A stretch of DNA of 63,907 nt, filler included, from Lenisia limosa (Eukaryota; Protista; Breviatea), in the NCBI GenBank assembly GCA_001655205.1. It is 11 parts of 11 records of this genome, joined end to end, with 100 filler letters (N's around TTAATTAATTAA, not from the genome) between each part and the next. Parts side by side here need not be neighbours in the genome. Positions count along the whole stretch, not along the records: positions 24,709 to 35,516 come from LPNZ01008229.1; positions 35,617 to 47,949 come from LPNZ01007371.1; 9 more parts are not named here. The stretch is one strand, 5' to 3'. Below, piece by piece: positions 24,775 through 38,600 of this stretch; positions within the stretch are counted from its first letter, which is position 1; each line of letters begins with the position of its first letter. Below the pieces are notes generated by a model. It searched no databases. It was not told where the DNA came from and saw only the letters and a program-made list of their open reading frames with translations. Position numbers and translations under genes: made by a program.

Positions 24775-27700
24775 AAGGAGTGCATCAGCTTGCCCCCCTC
24801 TGCATCAGTAGATGACCTGTTCCTGTACCTCCTAGCATGCCAACAGTCCTCCTTTGAGGGCAGGGACCCCGAAGACCTTGGTCTCACGCTCGCGCCAATT
24901 TCAAGTGGGGGGGTTATACATTTAAAATTTGGGATGGGTGCTGTGCTGTGATGCCTATTTCAAATGGCGGGNNNNNNNNNNNNNNNNNNNNNNNNNNNNN
25001 NNNNNNNNNNNNNNNNNNNNNNNNNNNNNNNNNNNNNNNNNNNNNNNNNNNNNNNNNNNNNNNNNNNNNNNNNNNNNNNNNNNNNTCCGTCGTATCAGAC
25101 AAGTCTGAGCTTCATGATTGTTTTGGAAATTACACTGGGCTTTCCTCATCTAATATTTATCCGGGGTGACCTCCTATTTTCAACATGACGAATTAGCGGG
25201 ATTTGAGGAAACAGCAACGACACAGCAAACCGCGATTTATACGGATGACGACACTTGGTGAGAGGCTCCGAAATGTGAACACCGCTTTGGCTTCATACAA
25301 GGTCATTAGTGTTATTAATGTTATAGTTATTAGTGTTATAGTGTTATTAATGTTATAATGTTATTAATGTCATAGTTATTAGTGTTATTAATGTTATTAG
25401 TGTTATTAGTGTTATTAATGTTATGGTGTTTTATTAATGTTATGGTGTTATGGTGTTATGGTGTTATGGTGTTATGGTGTTATGGTGTTACAGTGTTATT
25501 AATGTTATAATTAATGTTACAGTGTTATTAATGTTATAATTAATATTTTTAATGTTATAATTAATGTTATAGTGTTATTAATGTTATAGTGTTATTTATT
25601 AGTGTCTTGGTGATCATCATGTGCTACTTGATAATTGAGTGTGGTTGTTAATCTTCTTTTTTCTACACCAGAGTATTGGATTGATGATATAGGCTCACGA
25701 AAGGCTCCCTTTGTCAACAACACAACTTGGAAAATGAAGGTATGTACCACTTCCCTTCGTGTGATGCGTCACTGAATAACCGAGGTCTCAGTATGGTGCT
25801 TTACTCAGCTTTGCTGCAGCTAAACGAAATAATTTGTTTATGACTGTTTTTTCCCCTCAACTCATGAAAAGGTATTAGATCTGACATTTGTGCTATTCTT
25901 CATTTATTCCCCTATTTAGATACATGTGTCTCCATCAAGCCCCTACCCGCGTCCCTCAACATCCGTTTCCCTGATAGGTATCAAAACTGCCAAAATGACA
26001 ATGTTGTGAATTGAGGAAAATAGTCATCGGTAATTTCACATTACCCCACTATTCCTAATAACGTTATGATGTAGACGGCTTTGGACTGAAACTCCTTTTT
26101 TATTTCTTTCCTGCTATTAACCCGTCAGACGATCAACTCGAATTAGTCTTGACCCTGCTACCACTGTTGCTGACACTACGAATGAGTGCNNNNNNNNNNN
26201 NNNNNNNNNNNNNNNNNNNNNNNNNNNNNNNNNNNNNNNNNNNNNNNNNNNNNNNNNNNNNNNNNNNNNNTTCCTCCTTTTCACCCTCTTCACAGACTCA
26301 TCCAAATGTGGTCCTCAAGTTGGGATCTGCCTCCCTCTCTCAAGTGGACGTTGGTGCATACCCCCGTCAACTACGCGGTAAGAGAACCCTCAGACTATTC
26401 ACTATTATTAGTGTATTTATTAATCTTTTTCTATTCTTATTTTTGTCTTCCGTTCTTTTATCGTTCAGTCTTTATCGCACTCTCTTTCATGTTTCCTCCC
26501 CCCCCCCCCCCNNNNNNNNNNNNNNNNNNNNNNNNNNNNNNNNNNNNNNNNNNNNNNNAAGAGACAGGTCGCTTCAGTCATACCAGCTGCATCGCTACAA
26601 AGTGGGGGTGTTTTTGGAGATATAAGGTGTGGGGTTGCAACGTGAGGAGTGCGTGCTTTCAATCAAGACGGGTGTTAACAATCCCATAGACATGGGCAAA
26701 TAATAGCTTTCCCCGAAAGTGAATCGCCCCACTCATTCCCATCAGAGAGCCGCGCTATCCCTGCGTCTTGAGGCCTGTATGATTGCAGTTAATGTCCTTG
26801 GTAAAGCCTCGAGTGTCCTTCTCTCCCTGGATCGAACTGCTGACGACGCCAAAGGTGCGTGCTCTTCTTAGTGTGATGCTTTGCTCCCTTTTTGTTGTAA
26901 ACTATTAAATTTGACTAAGGTGGCGGCACAATGATAATGCGATATAATATAATATAACAATGTGTAATTAAAAAGGTTGCACCATCCCGCTTATTGAGAA
27001 ATTGGATAATAGTATAATAGCAATTCACCCAATCATTTGCCTTACTGTGCATACAGCTTTCTGTATGCCTTTCCAGCATACATTAAAGGTCCTCCCCCCC
27101 CCCCCNNNNNNNNNNNNNNNNNNNNNNNNNNNNNNNNNNNNNNNNNNNNNNNNNNNNNNNNNNNNNNNNNNNNNNNNNNNNNNNNNNTGGGACTTGCCAA
27201 CGACCCGAATCTGGTGCTTGCCCTCCAAGACCCCTCTGGAGGTGTGCTGTGCAGGCTTTGTATATGATAGGTTGATTCATTTGTGTCTCATAAAACACAG
27301 TATATTACAACATGATATGATATGAAATGAATGCTGTACCAATTCAGCGTGTCAATAGATACATAACAGTCCATACCGTAATGTACTTCTGCGGCATCGT
27401 CGTCCTGCCTCTCACGAAGATGATATTGGGTAGTCTAGGGACAATTTTGCCTTCAACCGAATACATAATTATAAGAAACAATTATGTCGGCCAAGACTTA
27501 CCATGGTAGTGTTTGTAGTATCTACTACGTTGATGTAACCTTTTGTGGTGAAAGAAAGTTTGTTAGTATAATATTGCATGTAAAAATGCCATATCTGGAT
27601 TTTCTCTCTCCTTTACCCTACAGGCCCGCCAACAGGCTTCAGACACGACCTACCCATATGCATACAGGGGGTCGACCCGAGTGTTATACTTTGTGGGGGG

Positions 27701-30700
27701 CGGAGGCTATAGTTTGTGAGAATGCGAGGTGAATGTTTGTGTTGACTGGGGGGGGGGGCTGCCATTCAATTGTTGCCGTAAGCAGCTGTAGTTTCGTTCA
27801 TGCTTCTTCTCACAAATAACTCTCCCGCACCCCCTACTGCCATATTCTAATACCCCCCCCCCCGCAGATATTGTCCATTCCGGGGAAGAAGTAGCATGCC
27901 CCATGATTGGCGAGGGCCCCCTTTGGGACTGCTTGGATCCCAATGATCCTGAGAAGTTCGTGGAGCGTGAGGGCCTCCTCAATACGCAATGTAGGGGGGG
28001 GGGGCAATGCTANNNNNNNNNNNNNNNNNNNNNNNNNNNNNNNNNNNNNNNNNNNNNNNNNNNNNNGGATATGAAATGACATAGTATACACTGAAACAGG
28101 AACACTCTATATTTTGACGACAATAGATCCACTTTCAGACATTACTGGAGCCTCAGTCAACGCCATGATTGGTCTCATCACTTCGCCTCAGGTGGGCATC
28201 GAATGAATGTGTCAGTGTCTGTGTGTATGTGTAGGGAAGAGGACATTCATTGAAGTGGGGAAAGGGGTAACAATCCTCAAAACAAGAATATCGACGTTTT
28301 ACTGTCCAACACTCCTTCTGGTTCTGACTCCATAGTACCTTGACAAGGACTTTACTAAGACCGTTCTGGCCACGTTCCGTCTCTTTATGACACCAAAAGC
28401 GGTAGGCCTTGTTGAAATAACCTTCTTTTCTCTTTGTCGACGGGATGGTTGGGACGGTTTCAGCCAAACACTCATGTTTTTCACTGTGATTGTCACACAT
28501 TAATCCTTGACAGAGGAGCATTACATTAATGTCATTCATATTTCGTCGATCTGCATATGAGCTACATGAACCCATCTTATTTTCATGACCTACATCATAT
28601 TTGATCGCATCTTACATTTCAGTTTTTCGATCGCCTTCTCGAACGCTTCGACCCCCCAACAAATGTACGCCTGTTTGGGATATTAACGTTTTATTGCTTG
28701 TTTTTTTTGTTTGTTGTAGTTTCAGATTAATCGGTTCGTGATTAGTACCTTTACGCAAATATTCCTCATCGAAATTTCCTTCATTTACCCCCCCTACCCA
28801 CACTATTCCTCCCAGTTCAGTTCACTTCAGTTTTTTTTTTGTGTTTTATTTTATTTTCAATTTCAATATTTCAATGATATCGCCTTTGTTATTATATGGA
28901 GATTTTGATCGCTTTAGGAGCAAAATGACTGCATCATTGACTCTGAGACGCTTGTGACCATCCGAATGAGAGTTGCGGAAGGTATCTCCATTATTTCTCA
29001 TTGAAAGTTGTTCACTTCCCCGACTGGCCTGAGTTTTGTTTATTTTGTTGTTTTTATACAGTATTTGCCATATATTTTTGTACATTATTGATTCACAAAA
29101 TGTATATTACCCCCCCCCCCCNNNNNNNNNNNNNNNNNNNNNNNNNNNNNNNNNNNNNNNNNNNNNNNNNNNNNNNNNNNNNNNNNNNNNNNNNNNNNNN
29201 NNNNNNNNNNNNNNNNNNNNNNNNNNNNNNNTATGGCCAATATCGCCCTCACACTTAAGAACGACATCCAAAGATGCGTATGTCCTGAATAGGGCTCTTT
29301 ATCATTTAATGAATAGGGCTGTTTATCATGTCCTGAATAGGGCTGTTCCTAAATACTTGGGCATCAAAGATGTTTCTACTGGTCTTTTCCCATACGTCTG
29401 ACCCAAGTAACTTAGTAGATTGATCTTCTCGATGCAAAACTCACGTTCGAAGACTCCCCACCCGCGCCCCTGGTAAGCTGTTGCCCCCCTCCCCGTTGTC
29501 TTAATATTCTATCATTTTGATCAAGCTTTTTCTTTGAATTTATTAGTAATTTTGTGTAGCTGTTGTTGCTGTTTAGCCGTGTGCAGTTTTCTCTCGTTAA
29601 TTTGTTCATAAAGTCAAAATTATTGCATATGTTTACAATGGGATGCGGGGCTGCAGAAGCGACTGACCTGGGCTTTGTTTGTTTTGNNNNNNNNNNNNNN
29701 NNNNNNNNNNNNNNNNNNNNNNNNNNNNNNNNNNNNNNNNNNNNCCAGCCTTTGAAGGTGACCTCTCTCGCGGCCGGGGATGATTTCCTTCTGGCAGTGG
29801 AACCCGTGGAGCTGGCTCGGCAGATCACTCTCCCTATGACGGAGGTGGGTGTAGGGCGGTTGGAGCTACCATAGCTATTTTCTACTATTGTGTTACTGAT
29901 TTCAAAGAGATATCAACGTGAGATTGATAAACTATCGTTAATTCCCCTCACCCAGGCCTTCTGCAAGATCAAGGCATCCGAAATGATATCTGGAGGATGG
30001 TCGAAGGGCGTTGAAAAGGTGGGGACGATCAAAGGGCGTTGAAAAGGTGGGGACGATCAAAGGGCGTTGAAAAGGTGGGGACGGTCAAAGGGCATTGAAA
30101 AGGTGGGGACGGTCAAAGGGCATTGAAAAGGTGGGGACGGTCAAAGGGCATTGAAAAATTTCCATTTCAAGAGGATTCAATATTAATTGTTCATGAGCTC
30201 TCAATAAATCCTCGATATATGTTTCTGTCTTTGTCACACTTCTGGAAAGGCATGATATAGAATTTTTGCTTCCCACTCCTCGTTATTTCACAAACTAGTC
30301 CTCAATCCTTGCCCCCAATATCCACCACCTTGCATCCTACTTCAATGCTGTCGGCTCGGCAGTGGCATGGACCCTTCTCAAGTCCTCGAAAGCACGTGAC
30401 CGCAGCCGTGTTATGCTACATTGGATCCGAACGGCCAAGCACCTCTCGCTTATCCACAACTACCATGGCACAATGGCGGTTTTATCGGGCCTCAGCAACG
30501 CTGCTTGTGGTGGGTTATGGAATTTTGCTTTTTGGGGTGTTGGAATCTTGCTTTCTGGGGGTACGTTCGATTTCAATTTTTGAACATCACAGCAGGACCC
30601 CCTCATAACACTTACCTCCCCTCCCATCATAAATGAGAGCTTTCATTCCATTATTCTATGTCCAACCTTTAACTGTTCAGGGCGACTGAAGTTCACACGC

Positions 30701-32087
30701 GACCGAATTCCCAAGCGCTCGATTGAGGTAAGCGGGGCTTTCAAGGAAATCTAGTGGAAAAGTGAAAAATAATCCAGAATCCAGTGTTTTCTTTGAGAAA
30801 ATAATGTATTCATTGGAAACAACTGGTGACAATGATTTTGGGGGAAATGTCGGAATTCTACACTACATTCAGTCTCACATTTTCCCTTTTAGGTTTGGGC
30901 CGAATTAGAGGAGCTGATGTCGCCACACTCATCGTACTCAAAGTACCGCACAGCCCTCAAGTCAGCCCCTCGTCCCTGCCTTCCCTATCTTGGTCGGTGG
31001 TCAATGGAAGGGCTGAAGCAGCCCCACGTGATAGATACTCTTAATCTTATATGCTCATCCCTCATTGTCGCCAATATATATTTTCTCAACAAACGCACCC
31101 GAACACCTCACCTCCCCCCCCCCCCNNNNNNNNNNNNNNNNNNNNNNNNNNNNNNNNNNNNNNNNNNNNNNNNNNNNNNNNNNNNNNNNNNNNNNNNNNN
31201 NNNNNNNNNNNNNNNNNNNNNNNNNCCGGACGCCCGACGGCCTCATCAACCTCAGGAAGTACCGAATGTTCTACAAGGGTGCGTGGGATGGAGGGAAGCA
31301 ATTATTCATCTCTATTCCATATGGAAGGAAGCAATGATTCATCTCTATTCCATATGGAGGGAAGCAATGATTCATCTCTATTCCATATGGAGGGAGCATT
31401 TGGCACTGTTCATATCATATATGATATACTATGCATTTTACCTAATATATACATCTCTGTAGAGTTAGCAGTATCTATTTCACAATATCTTACCGTTCAG
31501 TGGTGGAGGATGTGGGCCGTCTTCAGGTTGTTCCCCATAACTTCTCGAGAGTAAGCACAGTAGAAATATGGCTTCAATTACTTTAGCTAATTTCTGCCTT
31601 CTCAGCACCCCCCTCATGAATTTTCTTTCCTTTTGCAATTTTCACCCCAATAATTTTTTATTCTTGGTGTTTTTTTTTTTGACAATATTAACCCCGCAGG
31701 TTGAAGGAGTGTGGAGTCATTTAGAGGAAATGGCAGCGTCTTCCCCCCCTGATGCCGAGCTCTATAACATTTCCCTTAAGGTGGGGGAGGGTTATAATAT
31801 GATCCACCTGATTAGACAACATTTCCTTCGTTTGGCTTCACTGCGAGTTGCGTTTTGGGATGCGGTACTGCAGACGCCTGGTCTGGGCTTTGTTTGTTTT
31901 CTTCTTTTTAACGTGCATGCGTCCAAATGCTTGCACAGAATTGATTCTGGGTTTTTGTTTTGTTTTGATTCATTATTATCCGTTTTGTCCACGCGGCGTT
32001 ATTTTTTCAAACCTGTTTTTAAGAGAGTATATTCTAGGCTAGGTTTAATATTTCCCATTTACTCCCCCCCCCCCCCAGCTTGAACCA
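24775..32087 (+). CDS. Ras guanine-nucleotide exchange factor (REM + CDC25 domain) with uncharacterised, possibly ubiquitin-like N-terminal region; both ends in gaps
   Basis: Exons ITGASVNAMIGLITSP, YLDKDFTKTVLATFRLFMTPKA (REM), EPVELARQITL, APNIHHLASYFN, RSRVMLHWIRTAKHLSLIHNYHGTMAVLSGLSNAA, ELEELMSPHSSYSKYRTALKSAPRPCLPYLG and PDGLINLRKYRM (CDC25 catalytic domain). Confidence 0.9.
25310..25600. repeat. AT-rich low-complexity tandem repeat (GTGTTATTAATGTTATA-like)
   Basis: Visible directly within a RasGEF intron. Confidence 0.85.
30001..30157 (+). repeat. 28-bp minisatellite x5.6 starting at a RasGEF exon end and splice donor
   Basis: Unit TCAAAGGGCGTTGAAAAG|GTGGGGACGA repeated directly. Confidence 0.9.
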
Positions 32088-32434
32088 NNNNNNNNNNNNN
32101 NNNNNNNNNNNNNNNNNNNNNNNNNNNNNNNNNNNNNNNNNNNNNNNNNNNNNNNNNNNNNNNNNNNNNNNNNNNNNNNNNNNNNNNGTGTAGTAGCAGA
32201 ATGTGTAATATTACGTTTGTATCAGTGTAGTGGCATTCTTAAGGTCTACAGGATCATATGTGGCCCAACGTGCTTTTTTTTCATAATAATCCAACCAACC
32301 CCCCACCCCGGGTGGGCATTCTCACTGTGAACCTCAGGTGGTTCAGTTCATATATTAAAATATATAATCTCAAAAAAAAAATGGGGGGGGGGGACTAATA
32401 CATAGAATACAACAAAGACAACATGGGGTGTAGG

Positions 32435-35210
32435 CTACACCGAAATATCGATGATATCGTCATCTTCCAAGTCCAGTGACTGTGGCGTCTCGTCCTCGTC
32501 CAGCTGAGGTGTCATTTTATAACATGACTGGACAATAATTTTAATTTGATTGTCCAGACAGAGGGGTGGTAACTTCGTGGTGCAATAAAACCACATTGAA
32601 GAACACGTTACAGCTGATGACCCAAAAACGCCAGGACGCTTGACATATCCTATTGTATTTTATAATAAAGCCCTTGTTCGAGTCTGGCGAGTGTCCCCCC
32701 ATCATCCTACCTCCTCATCATCAAACGACATGGACGCTGAGGCCCTGTCCAAGTCGAAGTCTTTGCAGAACGCGTCAAGGAGCTTGGACACCGGGTCTGT
32801 CTGTGGGGGGGGGNNNNNNNNNNNNNNNNNNNNNNNNNNNNNNNNNNNNNNNNNNNNNNNNNNNNNNNNNNNNNNNNNNNNNNNNNNNNNNNNNNNNNNN
32901 NNNNNNNNNNNNNNNNNNNNNNNNNNNNNNNNGGGTTGAAAACAACAATTATTGAGGGGGGAGAATGGAAGAAAGACAAATCATGAACCGAGGGGGTACG
33001 GCGATATTGTTGGTAAATCTGCAAGGACTGCGTAAAACGAAGGAATTTGAATGTCGAAAAGCCCTGCAAACCGGAAGCAAGTTGTAGCCCTTTTTGTTTG
33101 TTGACATTTGAACCTGAAAGTTAGAATAATGACTGCTATACTCTGCACATAGTTTGACTCCCTCCATATATAGAAATAAATAAAAATAAGTTTGTATTTG
33201 ACCGAAGCCGTCCACACACTCACGCTTATAAGAGATATTAGATTACAGTATCATAGAAATTCACCCAATCATTTGCCTTACAACTTCTGCGTGCCTCACC
33301 AACTTACTACTCCAACTTACTACTGCCCTTACATCTAATACCCCCAACATATAATCTAATTGGTGCGACATCACCCCCAACATATAATCTGATTGGTGCG
33401 ACATCATTGAGAGGTACACCGGCTTTTTGAGTCATCTCCACCTAAAAGTATTAGAGACACAAATAATCCTAAGAGTATTAGAGAAATAAATAATCCTAAG
33501 AGTATTAGAGAAATAAATAATCCTAAGAGTATTATAGGAAGATTTAAATAATCCTAAGAGTAGTGGAGATATATATAATCCTAAGAGTATCATAGAGAGA
33601 TATAAATATTCCGAGAGTTTTATAGATAGAGATGCAAAATATTCTCAGAGTGTAAGGCTGATTCAGTCCACCAAAAAGAGAAAAAAAAACTATTGCATTC
33701 GCCCTCCTTGGAGCCTACATTTGACGTGTCTTCGTAGACCGAGAACTGCACACCAATCAGCGCCAAAACCTAAAAACTCAGAACAATCACAAAAACAAGA
33801 AGCAACATCCTGTTTCCCAGACACTAACAATATCTTGAATACCAATGTATCCAACCTTTCCATTGGCAACCTCCGACGCCTTCGTTTTCAGCAAGTTGTA
33901 TTCTTCCTGGAATGTGATGCAATCTGTTATAATATCAAGTCTTGAAAAAAGGCGGTGAAAGCGGCTCTTCAACCTGCTACTCACGGCTATCAGACCCTGC
34001 CTTCGCACCTTAGTATCAGGGTTCTTGAACACGGTGCTTTTGGGATCTAAGTCGACGTTGTCACAATAGACCTTATGGATTTTACCAAGGAGATCGATCT
34101 AGGTTGTCAGGGGCATGTAAATCAACCTGAAAGTACAGGCGGCTGCTGCATCACTTCGAAAAAAAATCAACATTTATACATAGTAGGTCTTATCAGCAAA
34201 GCATTCACCATCCGCTGAATACCTTTGAACACGTGAAGTTGGCTGTGGGCTTGTTTTGCCCCGTACCCTCAGCATCATGCACGACCGTTAACTGCATACT
34301 GTGGTCGGCCTAGAAGGGGGTGAGTGAAGGAAAAGAAAAAGTTTAGTGTCCAATTGTTCCCTATAAAGTACGGCTGTTGTAATCTGCACCTTTAGAGGAA
34401 CAATACACTATATGGAACAGTTCGAAGATAATCACCTACTCTCATAATTTCAGTGCCCGAGTTGAGTGTAATTCTACAAAATCAAAATGGCAAACAATTA
34501 AAAGCTGTCTGTCAGAAGTTTTATGAAGGAGGAGCAAAGAAATAATACAAAAGAATAGAAAGCCCTGTACTCCTCATTCAAAAGAAACGTCCCTTCAAAA
34601 CGGACATTTGCTGAGTTCTTGGAATATAGCTTGCATCAGGTTCCTCATCGTCATCACTACTAAGAACAATAGTGTTGGATTGTAGATTCTGATGCGGGTT
34701 AAACTGTAACAAAAACCATGAAGAGTATTCGTGGTATTGGTATTATTCAGTCAAAGTCCAAATATCACGCTTCCATTTCTCACTGTAAATTTAAGAGTTC
34801 TAAACAAACTACTTGGGAAATAGGGATAGGGGACATTGCGGATAATCCCCTTTCCTCACTTTTATTCTTGTTTCAATGCTCTGTAATCGACGGTTGTGTA
34901 CCCTAGGCAGGTTATTCTTCTAATTATGCCACACAGGAAGGGGGTTACACGGCAAATGCTAAGGTGAATCAATATTATAGTATCACATAATCTTCCATAA
35001 TGGTTAATCTGCCCTTGAGAGTACATAAAACAGCATCCGGTGCAAACGAAATAATATTTAAACTTAACAGTCACGAGAAATCATCATCGGAAATACTATC
35101 AACTTTCGGTGTTGCCCATGCCTACTGTCCATGGAATACCTGTTTATCAATGACCTTGTCTGGTAGTCTCTGCACTGGTTCTAAGGAGTTAAGTGAAGGT
35201 ATTACTGCTG
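32435..35210 (-). CDS. Tandem SUMO-like domain protein (Rad60/Esc2/NIP45 family-like); 5' end uncertain
   Basis: The terminal exons splice to TDPVSKLLDAFCKDFDLDRASASMSFDDEE|LDEDETPQSLDLEDDDIIDISV* (TAG 32435-32437), a SUMO-like domain lacking the di-Gly end. An upstream SUMO-like unit reads LTVVHDAEGTGQNKPTANFTCSK|IDLLGKIHKVYCDNVDLDPKSTVFK. N-terminal exons are acidic and low complexity. Confidence 0.7.
33460..33620. repeat. ~26-bp minisatellite (AATAATCCTAAGAGTATTAGAGAAAT) x~6
   Basis: Direct repeats inside an intron of the SUMO-like gene. Confidence 0.8.
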
Positions 35211-35616
35211 ACTGTTGTGGGGGCAAAAATTGGAAAAGGTTTGAAACAAAAAAAGCCCCAGTCCACATTTTGGACCCAACACACTTTCCAGGGCTTTAAG
35301 GTCCTTCTCTATCTCATTATCCAAATCGGTTGAGCCTGAAAGAAGTTAATTCGGTGCCAAACTTGAGGTTAATAGTTCGAGATATTGTTCAAAAAGATAT
35401 CTATCTTCACACACCCCCCACTATCGCCTTCTGTGTCATCATCGTGTCCGCTACTGCCACCCCCCACTATCGCCTTCTGTGTCATCATCGTACCCGCTGC
35501 TGCCACCCCCCACTATNNNNNNNNNNNNNNNNNNNNNNNNNNNNNNNNNNNNNNNNNNNNTTAATTAATTAANNNNNNNNNNNNNNNNNNNNNNNNNNNN
35601 NNNNNNNNNNNNNNNN

Positions 35617-38600
35617 CCGACTTCCTCGGAGGGTTGCGACCTGTTCGTTCACCGGGTCCTGGTAGGAGGCTTTTAGTGCTACATGATATGAGGCAAGTGA
35701 ACATTGTTTTATTGAACGGGGCTTACCATATTAGGCAAGCCGCTCTTTGAGTGGGTTGACGGGCCTCTTGTCACCGCCATGCGCCAAGGTTAGGGGGACA
35801 GCTTCCAAGTTGCCTGTTATTGGGTCATGATTTAATAATCTCTCTGTATGTGGCACATTCCGATTGCCTCTGTGACTGTTTCTATTATCAGCGAAATTCC
35901 CAAACATCCTTACGTTGCAGGTGACCACTTCTTGATTGACGAAATCTCCCTTGCCGATGATGCCGTTTTGGAGCGGCTGAACTCAGTGCTCGAATCTTCT
36001 AGGACGCTAACCCTTGCTGAAAAGGTCAGTCGTGGGCTTTTGTTGGGAGTTGAGGAGCATGATATCTACTTGACAAATATTGAAAAGAACTGAGTGAACT
36101 GTTTAATGAGCTGCTGTGGCAAATCAAACTCGTATTGATTGTATTGTATAACCCCCCAGGGAGGCAAGGATATCGACATCGTTACTGGTGCGGACACGTT
36201 CCGCGTTGCCGCCACTATGAACCCTGGTGGCGACTTCGGCAAGAAGGAGCTTAGCCCGGCCTTGAGGTCTGCGGCAGGTTGTGATCATTTGTGGTGATGG
36301 TAATGATGACGATGATGCTGCTAATAGGGGGCATTTGCCTTTTGATACTCTAACAATACACTATTCTCCGTTGTAACCTACCGACTATTTCCTGTTTTAA
36401 CTCCAATAGAAACCGATTCACCGAGATCTGGGTGCCCACCATCGATGATGACGTGGACCTTGTTACCATCATCAAGGGACGCTTTGCCCAGGGTTGGAAG
36501 GGATGTCCATTTTTCGAACAAACATTGTGCAATTGTAAACGAAGCTGTCCCCACTGTCTACCCTTTGGCTTGAGTGGTTCAATTAACCCTTTGGCTTGAG
36601 TGGTTCAATTTAAAACAATTCAGAACCGCTCTCCGGTTTTGCTCCTGCTATGGTGGAATTCCTGAGATTCTTCCAGGTTGGCGCATGGGTGAAGAAATGG
36701 CTCTCGGTCCAAAGAAAAGCCGATTTCGTCATTTTAACGTCCTTTGATTTACTCCCTTTAGATGACGGTGGTAAAGGCCACTCGGCGTGCCGTGTCTCTG
36801 AGAGATGTGTTGTCATGGGTGCAGTTTACCGACGCCGCCGCAATGCTGAGTGCTGGTGAGGGAATGGCATTATCACTGTTTTATATAATATGGAGAGTTT
36901 CCCTTAACTGATACTATGGTCCTTGTTCCTTTCATTTCTTTTTCCATCACGTGCAAAGGATCGGTCCCTAATCCCGCACCTGAAGTCACGAGAGCGGTCA
37001 GCATTTGCCAGGCCAAGGTGAGTATGGCTAAGCATCCCGACTCATCGAGTACTGTGTTTTTGTTGTCATGGGGGTTACAGGCCATTATGCATCTCAAATT
37101 TGATGTCTTGAATTGAATTGTGTTGTATATTTAGTGATGGGATGCGGTGNNNNNNNNNNNNNNNNNNNNNNNNNNNNNNNNNNNNNNNNNNNNNNNNNNN
37201 NNNNNNNNNNNNNNNNNNNNNNNNNNNNNNNNNNNNNNNNNNNNNNNNNNNNNNNNNNNNNNNNNNNNNNNNNNNNNNNNNNNNNNNNNNNNNNNNNNNN
37301 NNNNNNNNNNNNNNNNNNNNNNNNNNNNNNAGAGAAAGGGTGGGGGACTAGACACTAAGGCCAAGGTTAACTCCGTATCAATCTTGTGGTTTTGATCTTC
37401 TCCCTCGTTAACCATGTCCCTCACTACACTCATTGCGACCCCTTCAGCTCTCAAGAGCCAATCCACTGACGGTGCGCCTGAACAGCAAGTTTCTCCCGAA
37501 CTTCCATTAGAAATTCCACAAGACGATGCAGCCATAGATGCTGAAGAGGACATTGAGGAGCCAACTGAAGACGTTGAAACGGTCGAAAATGGTGAGCATT
37601 GAGTAGAGTACTTCCTGACATATGAAATCACTGACTGGGATAAGTTTTGACCGATTTCTGGATTTCCCTTGTGAAATTCGGTCGTTTTATCCTGGTCACT
37701 GTACATATTATATGTAATCATAAGTGAGTACAATTAGTTTATGTAATGATTTATCATATGATGCAATCGAAGTGGGCATGGTTAACCCCCCAGCCCCCCT
37801 CGGGCCCCCACGCGCTGACGTGGCGCCCACAGTCGCCTTCAGCCATGGGTGCTGCATGACCTTCCTTGATGGACTGAGGTGGGTCTGGTGTGACTTTATG
37901 CAAGTGGAGGGGGCGGATTGGATCGCAAGAACTGCTAATTAGAGGTGGAACAAGTGTAATAAGATGGGAAACAAGTGTAATTATAGGTGGAGCAATTGGA
38001 TCGCAAGAACTATGCATCAGGTCTTACCCCTTTAGGCTTGGCTCAGGGCTCTCTACTGCTGCTTCTGATAACCTGAGATCCGCGTGTCTGGAGTTCTTGA
38101 AGGAGGTGGGTACAATTCCTTATTAGCAATATTGTGGGTAGAGACATGATCGTAGCAAATCTGGTTCCCCCCTTCAAAAGCCCTGGCTTCTTCCATCTAT
38201 TCTCACCCTCCTCTCAGGCCATGACGCGTGTCGGAATCCCTGGCGGTGAAGCGCATCGTAGTGTTAAACCCTTCCTTCCGGTTTCACGCACCGCCCTCGT
38301 CAAACCACTAAGTATGTTACTGGGACGGCATGAGGGCTATTCAAACCGTTTACTAAGACAATACCTTTCCATGTGGCTTTGAGCTATCCATTTCACCTCA
38401 CCTTCTCAGAGGACATTCCCGTCCCGGCTCTCAGTAAGGACCAGACCCTCTTCGGATGTGCCCCGTTCTTCATCCGAACCGGACCAACCGGACCATCGGA
38501 TGTCGGAAGCTACAGTCTAGCCGCCCCCACCACCGCCGACAATGTTGTGCGTCTTGTGCGGTCTCTACAACTCTCCAAGCCGATTCTGCTGGAAGGTCCT

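Noticed and set aside
27625-27670. CRIB-like GPPTGFRH in the RasGEF gene
   Set aside because: It is not in phase with the more plausible frame of the preceding exon, and the frame cannot be fixed without cDNA.
28153-28575. Minus-strand 140-aa ORF containing PX-domain-like WTVKRRYSCF, nested in the RasGEF gene
   Set aside because: Its middle is the antisense of a genuine RasGEF REM exon (28336-28401), the spacing is too long for a PX fold and the rest lacks PX helices. Probably chance; an HMM search would settle it.
18226-30157. Regular ~28-32-bp repeats resembling CRISPR arrays
   Set aside because: The units are directly adjacent with no unique spacers, there are no cas genes, and the context is eukaryotic introns.
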